Below, in pieces: positions 1 through 9,140 of a stretch of DNA of 41,439 nt. The number at the start of each line of letters is the position of its first letter. The first letter of the stretch is position 1. The position numbers were made by a program, and so were the translations under genes. The notes beneath the pieces are model-generated. The model did no database searches. It was not told the DNA's origin and was given only the letters and a program-made list of their open reading frames with translations. The DNA is from Thermoproteota archaeon (GTDB lineage Archaea > Korarchaeota > Korarchaeia > Korarchaeales > Korarchaeaceae), in contig JAOZFI010000023.1 of NCBI GenBank assembly GCA_027491395.1, positions 1-41,439 of the forward strand, in the 5' to 3' direction.

Positions 1-190
1 CCCTCAGCCCGGTGACTTCTATCTCCTTGGAGCCAAGATTCCTAACGATCAGCCTCAAATCAACGCTCTCCCCTGGAGAAGCCTCTATGTAGGGGGGCTC
101 TATTAGGGCTGTGATGCTCTGAGAAACGAGTTGGGGGAGAGATAGCACGACGACTAACAGGAGGATGACCGCTAGACCATTTGATTTCAT
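1..190 (-). CDS. Secreted/surface protein, N-terminal part only (runs off the window); signal peptide followed by an Ig-like beta domain
   Basis: Manual translation from ATG at 190: MKSNGLAVILLLVVVLSLPQLVSQSITALIEPPYIEASPGESVDLRLIVRNLGSKEIEVTGLR, open to the window edge. Hydrophobic signal peptide plus a PGESV..L.VRNLG Ig-like motif. Confidence 0.7.
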   Translation of the reverse strand, partial: MKSNGLAVILLLVVVLSLPQLVSQSITALIEPPYIEASPGESVDLRLIVRNLGSKEIEVTGLR

Positions 191-261
191 ACGCCTCAGG
201 GTCACCGGTTCAGTAATAAGTTAACTTGTTCGCTTCTAAATCTCTTATTATAGATAGAGAT

Positions 262-822
262 CTAAGGGGTACAGATAACCCTCACATCAATCCCAAGCGC
301 TCCGCAGGCAAGACGTCTCTCCGGGGGCTCTTGACCTACGTGGTGTGCCTGTATACGGGACATATCCATATTCCCTAATCTAGGTAATCTTCTCCCCTGT
401 CAACGTACTCCTTCGCCTCTCTGAACAGCTCGGCATGTATTTCCTCAGCCTCTAAGGCCCATTTAAAGCTTGTGACAGCTCGCCTCTCTCCCTGAAGCTC
501 TGCCACTGATATATAGGTGGGATAAATCTCCTTAATCTCGTATTCCTCCCCCATAATCGCGAGCTCCAAGTTCTTGGAGGTACTCCCGGGACCGAAGGCA
601 CTCCGGCGACTACCTTCAAATCTCCTTTGAGCTCTGGCAGTGCGTCGAAGTGATTGTTTGCATGGACTCTCTCAGCATAGGCGATCGCCCTGAACAATCT
701 GGCGACGTTAGGAAAACCCTCCTTATTCGCCTTCTCGGCGAAGAGGACGTAGAGCATGTGGGCCATGGACTCTCCCCCGAAGGAGGAGGCCAGGGCTCCA
801 AAGTCATGGGCCTGACCAACAT
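262..822 (-). pseudogene. rbr: Rubrerythrin pseudogene
   Basis: Fragments in three frames join to MLVRPMTLE/ALASSFGGESMAHMLY...AIAYAERVHA...VAGVP/FGPGSTSKNLELAIMGEEYEIKEIYP...ALEAEEIHA. Single-base deletions near 796 and 598, TAG at 375-377, then a decayed rubredoxin tail (IWICPVYRH...ACGA). Confidence 0.85.
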
Positions 823-868
823 CCCACCGGGGGATATAACCCCGTGATAATATAAGTTTAACGAATGT

Positions 869-2176
869 TCATACGTAGAACTCTCTGGTAGCGCACCTCG
901 CTCCTCCGCCCCCGGCCTCTACCTGGGGTATGTCCACCTCGATCAGGTCGAGGCCCCACTCTCGCTCCAGATACTTGTTAGCATCCCTGTTAAAGGAGTC
1001 CACCACTATCTTCCCGTCTCCCAAGTTCAGACCGTTCACCATGGTGATCTCGCTGCCCACAGCTGGTATCTCGTCCACCGTGATACCCAAGTCCCTGAAC
1101 ACTTGGCCCAACTCCAATATCTCGAGGGACTCGCCGTACTTCACAAGTGAGTAGAACCCCATCCTGCCCGGGCTCACGAACGTCACGGGACCTGCGTGCA
1201 TCATCACAACATCGAGATGGACGGCCCCCGTCCGCCAATCTCTTATGTAGCCGGGTAGGGGAATTCCGTACATCTCGATATTCAGGCCTTGCGAGATGAG
1301 GAACTCTTGGAGTAATTTAAGAGTGGCTACATTACTCCCTCTAACTCCTATTCCGGTGAACAGAGCCTGTTTCCCTCCATCCCCCTCGATCAGTATGAAG
1401 TTCCCTCCCTCGGCCTTGGCCATGACGAGTAATTTGCCGTTACGCCACCACCTAGGCCTAAACACCGGAGTCAAGCCCTCCTTCTGAAAGAAGGATCTAG
1501 TGACCTCTTCCTCGCCCCTCCTTATGTCCAGCGCCATGTTCATCAGAATGGGCTGCTCGGACCACGCTACGCTGGGATCTCTGGGGTAGCCCAGCTTGGG
1601 CAGGGTCTTCTCGATGCTTACCCTGACGACCTCGTATCCCATCTCCTCCAGCACCTTGCCGGACTCGCCGGCCATGAAGACGGCCCTCGCCCCCTCCCCT
1701 CTTATGGCATCTGCCAATGCGGTCAGGTCCCTGACCCATCCGTCGAAGTCAGGAGCTGGATTTCCATCGTAGGCGGTTCTCTTCCACACCCATTTGGTCC
1801 ACTTTCCCTTAACCTCCTCCAAGTGGCGCCTCTCCGGCAGGGCCAGCGCCACATTGCTCTTCTTCGAGTCCTCAGCCCTCAATCTTACCTTCCTAGATAG
1901 TTCTCTAAGAAGAGATTCGGCACCAGATTTGACCTCATCAGGGGAGGAAGCTCCGGTAAGGGAGACCACGAGATCGACTGCAACGAATAGGTCCGAGTCC
2001 CGCAGATCTTCTACCCTTATTATCTCCATAGATGGTTGAGGTGGAATATCTTCACCATGGAAAACCTGAGAGTAGCTTCTCCTTATCACAGGGGGATCCG
2101 AAACCTCCTCTATGGCCGTACGTATAGATGCATCATCTTCGCTTACTAGTCGCTCTAATAGAGAACGAAAATTCAT
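869..2176 (-). CDS. Arginine deiminase / amidinotransferase (pentein) family protein
   Basis: Motifs YPRD, RRGEE, EGGNF, GIGVRGS, VHLDVV and C-terminal GGGGARCAT with the catalytic Cys. Confidence 0.8.
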   Translation of the reverse strand: MNFRSLLERLVSEDDASIRTAIEEVSDPPVIRRSYSQVFHGEDIPPQPSMEIIRVEDLRDSDLFVAVDLVVSLTGASSPDEVKSGAESLLRELSRKVRLRAEDSKKSNVALALPERRHLEEVKGKWTKWVWKRTAYDGNPAPDFDGWVRDLTALADAIRGEGARAVFMAGESGKVLEEMGYEVVRVSIEKTLPKLGYPRDPSVAWSEQPILMNMALDIRRGEEEVTRSFFQKEGLTPVFRPRWWRNGKLLVMAKAEGGNFILIEGDGGKQALFTGIGVRGSNVATLKLLQEFLISQGLNIEMYGIPLPGYIRDWRTGAVHLDVVMMHAGPVTFVSPGRMGFYSLVKYGESLEILELGQVFRDLGITVDEIPAVGSEITMVNGLNLGDGKIVVDSFNRDANKYLEREWGLDLIEVDIPQVEAGGGGARCATREFYV

Positions 2177-2461
2177 AAGAAGCCGCAGAGGGTGATACTG
2201 AAAAGGATTGAGTTTTAGGTTCCCTAGCTCGGTAAAACGTTGGAGTGTCTCTATCTATAGACAGGGGTGTTAATTAGCTCGTATCTTGAGACCACTACTA
2301 GACGCAGAGGTCGGTCATGGTTTGGGGGATATTGCCATCTTCATCTTCCCACCAAATCTGGGATCGCCTAATGACCTCGCTTAGTTCCAAGGGCGCTGCG
2401 AGAACCGCTGGACCATTAGTGGTTAACTTTAATATAAAAGAACTTGCTTTCTTTACCATAT

Positions 2462-3103
2462 ATGGGAATAGATGAGTCCTCCCTCTTCCTCATATGGCTC
2501 GCCCTTAGGGGACCCCTGACCCCTTCTAGAGCTGCTATTGAGGCGTCTTTACCTAAAACTACTGTCTATAGAAAGATAAAGGAGCTTGAGAATAGGGGAT
2601 GGCTCAGAAAAGAGGAAAATGCCTATATCTCCACCGAAAGGGCCGAGATTCTGGGCAGAATGGAGGTCAAGGATATACTGGGTGTCTTTCATGTAGAGAA
2701 ACTGTTTGAGAAGGCCGTTCGTCTCCAGACTGGTAGCTGGAAGAGATCAATGGAGCTCCTCAAGGAGAAGAGCAGGGGAGGCGATTTCGTGCTGTGCTAC
2801 GAAACAGCTGCTTATATCAGGACCGGGTTCCAGACACCATCCGCAGCCTTCGCTTATGTTAGAGAGTCCGACATGGAGAGATGGACCTCTCTAGGAAGGA
2901 AGGCTAGCAAGCTGGCTGATCTCGTCCTCATACCGGTCCGGGAACTACCGACTAGTGAAATTATATCAGGTTGGCCCGTGGTAACGGAGGAAAGGCTGAA
3001 GCTTGAGCTTATCACATGGTTAGGGAGGGGAGTACTGGATCTGGCGGCACTCGGAGGGGAGATCCCCACGGTCGTGGAGGAGATGACTGATGTCATCTAT
3101 TGA
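2462..3103 (+). CDS. wHTH protein with an AbiEi-like C-terminal domain (putative type IV antitoxin/regulator)
   Basis: N-terminal HTH (LTPSRAAIEASLPKTTVYRKIKELENRGWL); C-terminal ETAAY..TGFQTP...YV and PVVTEERLKLEL pattern. TATA-like TTTAATATA about 30 nt before ATG 2462. Confidence 0.55.
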   Translation: MGIDESSLFLIWLALRGPLTPSRAAIEASLPKTTVYRKIKELENRGWLRKEENAYISTERAEILGRMEVKDILGVFHVEKLFEKAVRLQTGSWKRSMELLKEKSRGGDFVLCYETAAYIRTGFQTPSAAFAYVRESDMERWTSLGRKASKLADLVLIPVRELPTSEIISGWPVVTEERLKLELITWLGRGVLDLAALGGEIPTVVEEMTDVIY

Positions 3104-3674
3104 TGATTTCCTGTCCGTGGCGGAGGAAAGGAGGGTCAGATACGCCCTAATGGGTGCCCTAGCGATATCAGCCATAAGAACCTTCAGGACCACTCATGAT
3201 GTGGATGTGGCTGTGCACCCGGCAGATCTCTGGAAGCTCAAGCGGGGTTTATCGAGCTTGGGCTACGTGTTGGTGGAGAACCCTCGCCTCGGAAAGCTCG
3301 AATTTAAGCACAGGGTGAAAGGGGATATAGATGTATACGTGGACAAGATCTCCGGTTTGAGTGTGAAGCAGCTTCTCAATAGAGCTGTGGAAGCAGAGAT
3401 TGATGGAAGGAGGGTGTGGGTCATATCACCTGAGGATGCCCTCCTGCTTAAGGCCCTAGCCCGCAGAGAGAGGGACCTCGCTGACATAGCGGTCATACTC
3501 ATCGAGGTCGGGGACAGGATCGACTGGGAGTATGTGAAAACTCTGAGCAGCGAGCTGAATCTTGACCTGAAGGAAGTTCTGAGGAGGAGCATTGAGAGAC
3601 TGCCCGTCTCGGTGGACAATCCGCCCAAGGTCAGGAAAATTCTTAGGAGATTGGTAGATAATATGTTAAGGTGA
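3090..3674 (+). CDS. Pol-beta superfamily nucleotidyltransferase (AbiEii/DUF6036-like putative toxin)
   Basis: GALA...RTTHDVDVAV NTase motif and SPEDALLLKALARRERDLADI. Overlaps the upstream HTH gene by 14 nt. Confidence 0.7.
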   Translation: MSSIDDFLSVAEERRVRYALMGALAISAIRTFRTTHDVDVAVHPADLWKLKRGLSSLGYVLVENPRLGKLEFKHRVKGDIDVYVDKISGLSVKQLLNRAVEAEIDGRRVWVISPEDALLLKALARRERDLADIAVILIEVGDRIDWEYVKTLSSELNLDLKEVLRRSIERLPVSVDNPPKVRKILRRLVDNMLR

Positions 3675-3804
3675 TTTACAGTTTCCCATGCTCGAAGAAT
3701 TTAGACGGGCGAGTGTAGTATTTTTCAGCGTTAAATGAGATGAGGAAGGTTTGATCCAGTGGTGAACGCGTAGATCGGCAAGAAGAAAAGAAAGTAAGGA
3801 AGAT

Positions 3805-5166
3805 TTAGGCGGGTCTCATGAACTTGGCGGCCTCTTTGAAGGCTTCTATGGCCCTCTCTATGTCCTCCTTGGTGTGAACCACGCTGACGGTCCACTCGTC
3901 GTCACTTACCACGGGCTCTATGAACACCCCCCTGTTCATCATCGCTATCCAATAGCGCCACCAAGCAGCATCGTCCTGCTGGTAGAATGTTGGCAGGTCC
4001 ACCACCGGTTCTGTCGCACCCGGGTATATGTGACCGTTCGGACCTATCCACTGGACCACTGCGGGTATCCTGTAGTCGTCCACTATGTCTTGGAATGCCC
4101 TGCTGAGCTCGTCGCAGAGCCTGTGAGCCCTCGGGTAGGCATCAATGGTCAGGACCTTCGTGAGGGTCGCCAGAGCTGCGGCCATCACCAGCCTATTGGC
4201 GTTGAACGTGCCAGCATGAACGGCGTTGTGCGGACCCACGACGGACATGATCTCCTCCTTCCCCATGATCGCCGATACAGGGAAGCCACCGCCTATGCTC
4301 TTCGCCGTCACCGCCAGATCTGGCTTTATGCCGAAGAACTCCGCCGCCCCACCGGGCGCGAGTTTAACACCGGTCTTCACCTCATCGAAAATCAGGAGGG
4401 CCCCGTACTCCTCGGTGAGCTTCCTTAACCCTTCGAGGAAGCCCGGCTTAGGGGGCACGACACCAATGTTCATGGCCACAGGCTCCACTATGACGGCAGC
4501 TATCTCCTCCTCATGCATCTTGAACAGCCTCTCCACGGAGTTTAGGTCATTGTATCTAGCTATCAGGACTGACTCCAGAGTGGTGCCTGGTATCCCCGGA
4601 CCTACGGGTATCCTCCTCGGGAACTTCCTGCCCATCTGACCGGGAGGCGACTTTATGCTCACCAAGACGTAGTCGTGAGCCCCGTGATAGTTCCCCTCGA
4701 ACTTCACTATCTTGTCCTTGCCGGTGTACGCCCTAGCTATCCTTATGGCGTGCATCGTCGCCTCAGCTCCCGAGTTGCTGAACCTCACCTTATCAAGACC
4801 CCATCTCCTAGCCAGCTCCTTCGCGACGAGTCTGGCCTCTGGCACATCCGTCCCGAAGGCAGTTCCTTCTTGTATCACCTCCTGAACCGCCTCAACCACC
4901 GCTGGATGGCTGTGGCCCGAGAACACCGCACCCATGGCGAGGTTGAGGTCCACGTACTCGTTGCCGTCAACATCCCAGACCTTTCCACCCTTACCCTTGG
5001 CTATATAGATAGGATAGGGCTCGAAGAACCTCATATTGCTGTTTACACCATGAGGTACGTACTTTCGAGCCTCTCTAAAGATCTGTTCGGACCTACGGGT
5101 CCTCTCCGTGTACCTACCGAGTTCCTCGGAGAAGAAGTCGGGGACTTCCCCTAACCAGCCAGCCAA
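3805..5166 (-). CDS. Class III PLP aminotransferase (glutamate-1-semialdehyde aminomutase-like)
   Basis: Motifs WDVDGNEYVD, FSNSGAEA, GNYHG, IVEPV, LIFDEVKTG, AKSIGGGFP (PLP Lys) and HAGTFNAN. TTG start with a GGTGG RBS. Confidence 0.85.
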   Translation of the reverse strand: MAGWLGEVPDFFSEELGRYTERTRRSEQIFREARKYVPHGVNSNMRFFEPYPIYIAKGKGGKVWDVDGNEYVDLNLAMGAVFSGHSHPAVVEAVQEVIQEGTAFGTDVPEARLVAKELARRWGLDKVRFSNSGAEATMHAIRIARAYTGKDKIVKFEGNYHGAHDYVLVSIKSPPGQMGRKFPRRIPVGPGIPGTTLESVLIARYNDLNSVERLFKMHEEEIAAVIVEPVAMNIGVVPPKPGFLEGLRKLTEEYGALLIFDEVKTGVKLAPGGAAEFFGIKPDLAVTAKSIGGGFPVSAIMGKEEIMSVVGPHNAVHAGTFNANRLVMAAALATLTKVLTIDAYPRAHRLCDELSRAFQDIVDDYRIPAVVQWIGPNGHIYPGATEPVVDLPTFYQQDDAAWWRYWIAMMNRGVFIEPVVSDDEWTVSVVHTKEDIERAIEAFKEAAKFMRPA

Positions 5167-5247
5167 AGTACCACCAACGCTAGGCCCACCAGATCCTTAT
5201 AAAACCTAGCCTCAGAGTTTATTAGAGAGCGATACGCCATGAGGTAG
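5167..5247. promoter_or_regulatory. Divergent promoter region between the aminotransferase and AOR
   Basis: 81-bp spacer with TTTTATAAG on the - strand (~5196-5204), TTTATTA on the + strand (~5218-5224), and an RBS on each side. Confidence 0.5.
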
Positions 5248-7062
5248 GTGAACATGGTAGCCCCGTATGCAGGAAAGGTTTTGAGGGTAGACCTATCCGA
5301 GAATAAAATAGTTGTTGAGAACACAAGGAGGGATTGGGCCGCTCTCTACCTTGGAGGAAGGGGTTTGGGAATAAGGTATCTTTATGAGGAAGTTCCGCCG
5401 TCCACAGGAGCCCTCTGGCCTGAAAACAAGATTATAATTGCTACTGGGCCGCTGACCGGGACCGTGGCCCCTCTCACCGGAAGGTTCACAGTAGTTACCA
5501 AATCACCGAAAACGGGAACGTTGAATGACAGTTATGTGGGAGGCGCCTTCGGTCCCGAGCTCAAGTACGCGGGATACGACCTTATGATAGTTCAGGGGAA
5601 GGCGGAGAAACCCGTCTACATATCTGTTAAAGATGGAGAGGTAGAGATAAGGGATGCTAGCCATCTCTGGGGGAAAGCAATACCGGAAGCCACCGAGGAG
5701 TTGAAGAATGATCACGGCAGGTTGGCTAGGACACTGGTGATAGGACCTGCAGGGGAGAACCTCAGCTACATGGCCTCCGCGGTGGTCGATGAGCACTTCA
5801 TTGCGGGCAGGGGAGGTGTGGGTGCTGTATTCGGATCTAAGAAGCTCAAGGGAATAGTGGTAGAGGCGAGCGAGAGGAGCATAGACTTCCCCAATCCCGC
5901 GAGGTTCAGGGAGACCGTAGCTAGGTTGATGAAGGAGAGCGTGCTCACCGAGACGAACCTCTGGGCTAGGACCGATGGAACCCCCGTCATAGTGGATCTC
6001 AGCAATAATGTGGGTGCTCTGCCACACCTCAATTTCAGGGAGGGCTACTATGAGTACGCGAACTACATAAATACTGATGTGGTGAAGGCCAAGCTCGACA
6101 GCAGGTTCGCCTGTCACTCGTGCCCGCTCGCCTGCAAGAGAAAGATTAAGACGAGGAGAGGGGTGATAAAGGCCCCCGAGTACGAGACGATAGGGATGAT
6201 GGGGTCGAACCTCTCCCTCAAGGACATGGATGAACTGGCCCACCTTGGAGAGCTCGCCGATCAGTTAGGCCTAGACACCATAAGTCTCGGAGCCACCCTG
6301 AGCTTCCTACTCGAGATAAGGGAGAGGGGAATAATTACGGATGAGGAGATAGGGTTCCATGTGGACTGGGGCGAGCCTGAGGCCTTGGCCAAGCTGGTGA
6401 GGATGATAGCTTACAGGGAGGGCATCGGCAATACCTTGGCTGATGGGGTGAAGAGGGCCGCCGAGAGGATAGGGAAAGACAGCGAGAGATACGCAATGCA
6501 CATAAAGGGATCTGAGATCCCCGCCTATGATCCTAGATCGAGCTGGGGAATGGCCTTAGCCTACGCCACCTCAGATAGGGGGGCCTGCCACCTCAGGGCT
6601 TGGACCATAGCGAGCGAGGCCTTCGGAGACATACCGCCCCTCACCTTCGAGGGTAAGGCCAAGCTTACCAAGGACCTGCAGGACCTGAACAGCGTAAAGT
6701 GGAGCCTGATCATCTGCGACTTCTGGATCGTCGGGTACAGGGAAATGGCGGATCTGCTCAGCGCCACGCTGGATGTGGACTTCAAGGAATCCTACCTGCA
6801 GGAAGTGGGGGAGAGGATCTGGAACCTCTCCAGGATGTATAACGTGCGAGCCGGTTTCAAGAGGCAGGACGACTATCCACCCGACAGGTTCTTCGAGGAA
6901 GCGCACACCAAGGGCCCGATAAAGGGGGTCAAGCTCTCGAGGGAGGAGTACGAGAAGGCCCTTGACGAGTACTACCAGCTCAGAGGATGGGACAGGGAGG
7001 GTGTGCCTCTCAGAGAAACCCTCGACAGGCTGGAACTCTCGAGAGATCTCGGGCTCTCTTGA
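5248..7062 (+). CDS. aor: Aldehyde:ferredoxin oxidoreductase (tungstopterin AOR family)
   Basis: Motifs GKVLRVDLS, YLGGRGLG, KSPKTG, IGPAGENL, AGRGGVGAVFGSKKLK, CHSCPLAC, EYET, DQLGLDTIS and RGACH; 604 aa. Confidence 0.92.
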   Translation: MNMVAPYAGKVLRVDLSENKIVVENTRRDWAALYLGGRGLGIRYLYEEVPPSTGALWPENKIIIATGPLTGTVAPLTGRFTVVTKSPKTGTLNDSYVGGAFGPELKYAGYDLMIVQGKAEKPVYISVKDGEVEIRDASHLWGKAIPEATEELKNDHGRLARTLVIGPAGENLSYMASAVVDEHFIAGRGGVGAVFGSKKLKGIVVEASERSIDFPNPARFRETVARLMKESVLTETNLWARTDGTPVIVDLSNNVGALPHLNFREGYYEYANYINTDVVKAKLDSRFACHSCPLACKRKIKTRRGVIKAPEYETIGMMGSNLSLKDMDELAHLGELADQLGLDTISLGATLSFLLEIRERGIITDEEIGFHVDWGEPEALAKLVRMIAYREGIGNTLADGVKRAAERIGKDSERYAMHIKGSEIPAYDPRSSWGMALAYATSDRGACHLRAWTIASEAFGDIPPLTFEGKAKLTKDLQDLNSVKWSLIICDFWIVGYREMADLLSATLDVDFKESYLQEVGERIWNLSRMYNVRAGFKRQDDYPPDRFFEEAHTKGPIKGVKLSREEYEKALDEYYQLRGWDREGVPLRETLDRLELSRDLGLS

Positions 7063-7164
7063 GTTCCCTCACTGAACCTTCCAACCTCCCAAATTTTTGC
7101 GGTGATCTAGCTTCGGACCTATCTGTCAATTCTTTTTCCTGAAGGTACAGGGCCTCAGACATCC

Positions 7165-7182
7165 GAAAAATCAAAATATAAG
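7165..7182 (+). promoter_or_regulatory. Putative BRE/TATA promoter of potABC
   Basis: GAAAAATCAAAATATAAG lies 20-37 nt upstream of ATG 7202. Confidence 0.4.
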
Positions 7183-7201
7183 CCCCTGTTGGGACTCTGA
7201 G

Positions 7202-8311
7202 ATGGAGATGATGGAGAAGGCTGAATATATCACCTCCGAAGTCGAGGATATGGTCGTTCTCCGTAACATCGTTAAGCGGTTCGGGAAAGTTGTGGCATCA
7301 GATCACGTCAACATAGAGATAAAGAGAAATGAATTCTTCTCCCTACTCGGTCCCAGCGGCTCAGGGAAGACGACCCTCCTCAGGATAATCGCTGGTCTCG
7401 AGAAGCCTGATGAAGGCGTAGTCATCCTCGAGGGGAAGGACGTCACGAACCTTCCACCCTACAAGAGGAACATAGGGATGGTCTTCCAGCACCTCGCCCT
7501 CTTCCCCCACATGACTGTCTTCGAGAACATAGCTTACGGTTTGAGGCTCAGAAAGTTCCCTGAAGATGAAATAAAGAAGAGGGTATACGATGCCCTCGAA
7601 CTGGTCAAGATGCCTCCCGAGGTTTTCGCGGGGAGGAAGCCAAGCCAGCTCTCAGGCGGTCAGCAGCAAAGGGTTGCCATAGCCAGGGCTTTAGTGACTC
7701 AGCCAGCCGTGCTACTCTTGGACGAGCCGTTGGGTGCCCTCGACCTGAAGATAAGGCAGCACATGATGCTGGAGCTCAAGAGGATTCAGAGGACCGTTGG
7801 CACGACGTTCGTCTACGTCACCCACGATCAGGGGGAGGCCCTCGTCATGTCTGACAGGATAGCGGTCATCCATGAGGGAAGGGTCGAGCAGGTGGGCACT
7901 CCCTACGAGGTTTACGAGAAGCCGAGGACCAAGTTCGTCGCCAACTTCATTGGGGAGTCCAATTTCTTCGAGGGCATTCTAAGGAACGGTGCTGTTGAGA
8001 CGAGCTTCGGACTCATCAAGGTAATCTCGGACATCCAGAGCGGTAAGAAGGTCGTGATAAGCCTTCGACCCGAGAGGATAAAGGTTGGTAAGGCAGCCGG
8101 GGACGCTGAGAACAGGTTCGAGGGTAAGATAAAGGAGATAGTGTACAAGGGAGATGTCCTGATAGTCATGGTCGCGCTGGATGACGTCGAGGTCAAGGTT
8201 AATGTCCCAACCACCCATCCAGAGGCAAGGAAGCTCGAGGAGGGAGAGATAATCGCAGTGGGCTGGAATGCCGGAGACGAAGCTGGGGTCTTCGAGCTGG
8301 AGGCCGAGTAA
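7202..8311 (+). CDS. potA: Spermidine/putrescine-type ABC transporter ATP-binding subunit
   Basis: Motifs GPSGSGKTT, LSGGQQQRVA, LLLDEPLGALD and YVTHDQ; C-terminal TOBE-like region. Confidence 0.88.
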   Translation: MEMMEKAEYITSEVEDMVVLRNIVKRFGKVVASDHVNIEIKRNEFFSLLGPSGSGKTTLLRIIAGLEKPDEGVVILEGKDVTNLPPYKRNIGMVFQHLALFPHMTVFENIAYGLRLRKFPEDEIKKRVYDALELVKMPPEVFAGRKPSQLSGGQQQRVAIARALVTQPAVLLLDEPLGALDLKIRQHMMLELKRIQRTVGTTFVYVTHDQGEALVMSDRIAVIHEGRVEQVGTPYEVYEKPRTKFVANFIGESNFFEGILRNGAVETSFGLIKVISDIQSGKKVVISLRPERIKVGKAAGDAENRFEGKIKEIVYKGDVLIVMVALDDVEVKVNVPTTHPEARKLEEGEIIAVGWNAGDEAGVFELEAE

Positions 8312-8312
8312 C

Positions 8313-9140
8313 ATGTCGTGGATGGAATCACTCATAGACTTCGTGAGAAAGTACAGGCTCCTCGTGGCCCTGCTGGTACTCGGCCCTCCGCTCATCTATC
8401 TGGCCATTTACTTCTTCGCCCCTTTCTTAATCACCATACTATACAGCTTCGGCTTCATAGGAAGGAGAGGGGTGATCACCTGGGAGTTCACCATCAAGTA
8501 CTACCAACAGGCCCTGAGATGGGTCTATCTAAAGGTCTTCTACAACTCGGTGGTCCTAGCGGCCATAACTACTGTGGGAAGCATACTGATGGCCTATCCC
8601 GTGGCCTACTTCATAGCGGTCAAGGCGCCAAAGAAGTGGAAGAACCTCCTAGTGGTCAGCGTGATGGTCCCGTACTGGGTCGACTTCCTGCTCAGGACCT
8701 ATGCTTTGATGAATATCTTCACAATGCTCAAGATGATGTTTACTTATGAGGCGGTTATTATAGGCATGATATATGACTACCTCCCCTTCATGGTGCTGCC
8801 TCTCTACGCTAACCTAGAGAAGCTAGACAAGTCCCTGCTGGAGGCATCCTACACCTTGGGAGCCACGCCGTTAAAGACGTTCCTCAAGGTGACCCTACCG
8901 CTTTCTAAGCCGGGAATAGCCTCCGGAACAATTCTCGTGTTCGTTCCAGCCATAGGGGAGTTCATAGTTCCCTCCATGCTCGGCGGCGTGAGTGTCACGA
9001 CCATAGGAACCCTGACGTGGGATCTGTTTCTGAAGTTCCACAACTGGTGGCGGGGTGCGGCGCTCTCGATACTCTACATAGCAGTGGTCCTAGTCACCCT
9101 GATCATCTACATGAGGAAGGTAGGTGAGTTGGAGATATGA
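8313..9140 (+). CDS. potB: Polyamine ABC transporter permease
   Basis: Multiple TM helices, YLPFMVLPLY and EAA loop LLEASYTLGA. ATG at 8313 just after the potA stop. Confidence 0.85.
   Translation: MSWMESLIDFVRKYRLLVALLVLGPPLIYLAIYFFAPFLITILYSFGFIGRRGVITWEFTIKYYQQALRWVYLKVFYNSVVLAAITTVGSILMAYPVAYFIAVKAPKKWKNLLVVSVMVPYWVDFLLRTYALMNIFTMLKMMFTYEAVIIGMIYDYLPFMVLPLYANLEKLDKSLLEASYTLGATPLKTFLKVTLPLSKPGIASGTILVFVPAIGEFIVPSMLGGVSVTTIGTLTWDLFLKFHNWWRGAALSILYIAVVLVTLIIYMRKVGELEI

Noticed and set aside
452-822. Programmed frameshifting or readthrough in rubrerythrin
   Set aside because: Several independent lesions plus lost Cys ligands fit decay, not recoding.
3735-3780. Possible C/D box sRNA (ATGAGGA...TTGA...GTGGTGA)
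   Set aside because: The boxes are degenerate, the spacing is poor and there is no terminal CTGA.
3805-5166. Assigning the symbol hemL
   Set aside because: The family matches, but there are no tetrapyrrole genes nearby and the context points to amine catabolism, so it is left unnamed.
5503-6243. 246-aa - strand ORF and other antisense ORFs within aor
   Set aside because: Fully overlapped by the well-supported AOR gene; a codon-bias shadow.
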